Shown here in pieces: positions 63,852 to 64,000 of a DNA stretch of 64,000 bases. The position numbers were made by a program, and so were the translations under genes. The notes under the pieces were generated by a model. The model searched no databases. It was not told the DNA's origin and was given only the letters and a program-made list of their open reading frames with translations. Positions within the stretch are counted from its first letter, which is position 1; every line of letters begins with the position of its first letter. Origin of the DNA: an uncultured Candidatus Rokubacteria bacterium (GTDB lineage: Bacteria; Methylomirabilota; Methylomirabilia; Rokubacteriales; CSP1-6); NCBI GenBank assembly GCA_963754315.1, contig CAVWFS010000007.1, forward strand, positions 863,964 to 927,963, written 5' to 3'.

Positions 63852-64000
63852 TCACCCCCTCCCAGGACCTAGGCGGGGATCGAGATCGAACGGCCCGGCG
63901 CGACCAACGACGATGCGCCAAAAGTCAGGATGGGCTGGATTCAGGATGTAGTTGGTCTCCGGTGGCACCACAGCGGACGGTACCGCCAGCACCGCAGTCC
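63852..64000 (-). CDS. RES-domain toxin C-terminus, 5'-partial
   Basis: Manual translation TAVLAVPSAVVPPETNYILNPAHPDFWRI..PFDLDPRL. Confidence 0.8.
   Translation of the reverse strand, partial: TAVLAVPSAVVPPETNYILNPAHPDFWRIVVGRAGPFDLDPRLGPGRG

Overview
High-GC bacterial accessory region. The paralogous Tat-exported ABC substrate-binding proteins (SBPs) and zinc-ribbon/class III cyclase/STAND/TPR proteins resemble Ca. Rokubacteria (Methylomirabilota); this is inference only. Many ordinary genes carry single-base frameshifts, probably long-read errors. Bases 1-4000 are nested mobile elements (a tyrosine-recombinase element inside an IS3 remnant, plus a second IS3) that have broken a type I RM hsdM-hsdS pair. 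The middle holds UbiD, TRAP/lactonase genes, oxidoreductases, a cyclase-STAND gene and an MNT-HEPN pair. The strongest signals are at 32.5-39 kb. (i) A complete group II intron (32634-34627, minus strand) splits the Leu codon of the conserved VIN|LKTA motif of an SBP gene. Its EBS1 loop (GGUUGA) exactly complements that motif, and a paralog about 2 kb away has an empty matching site. (ii) A co-oriented attC-like array with no integrase in the window, in which one cassette is an SBP of the same family. The right part has a lactonase/Gld-like ABC/HupE operon, a compositionally foreign Asp-box propeller gene, a second cyclase-STAND paralog and the end of a RES toxin gene. No rRNA, tRNA or CRISPR array was seen.
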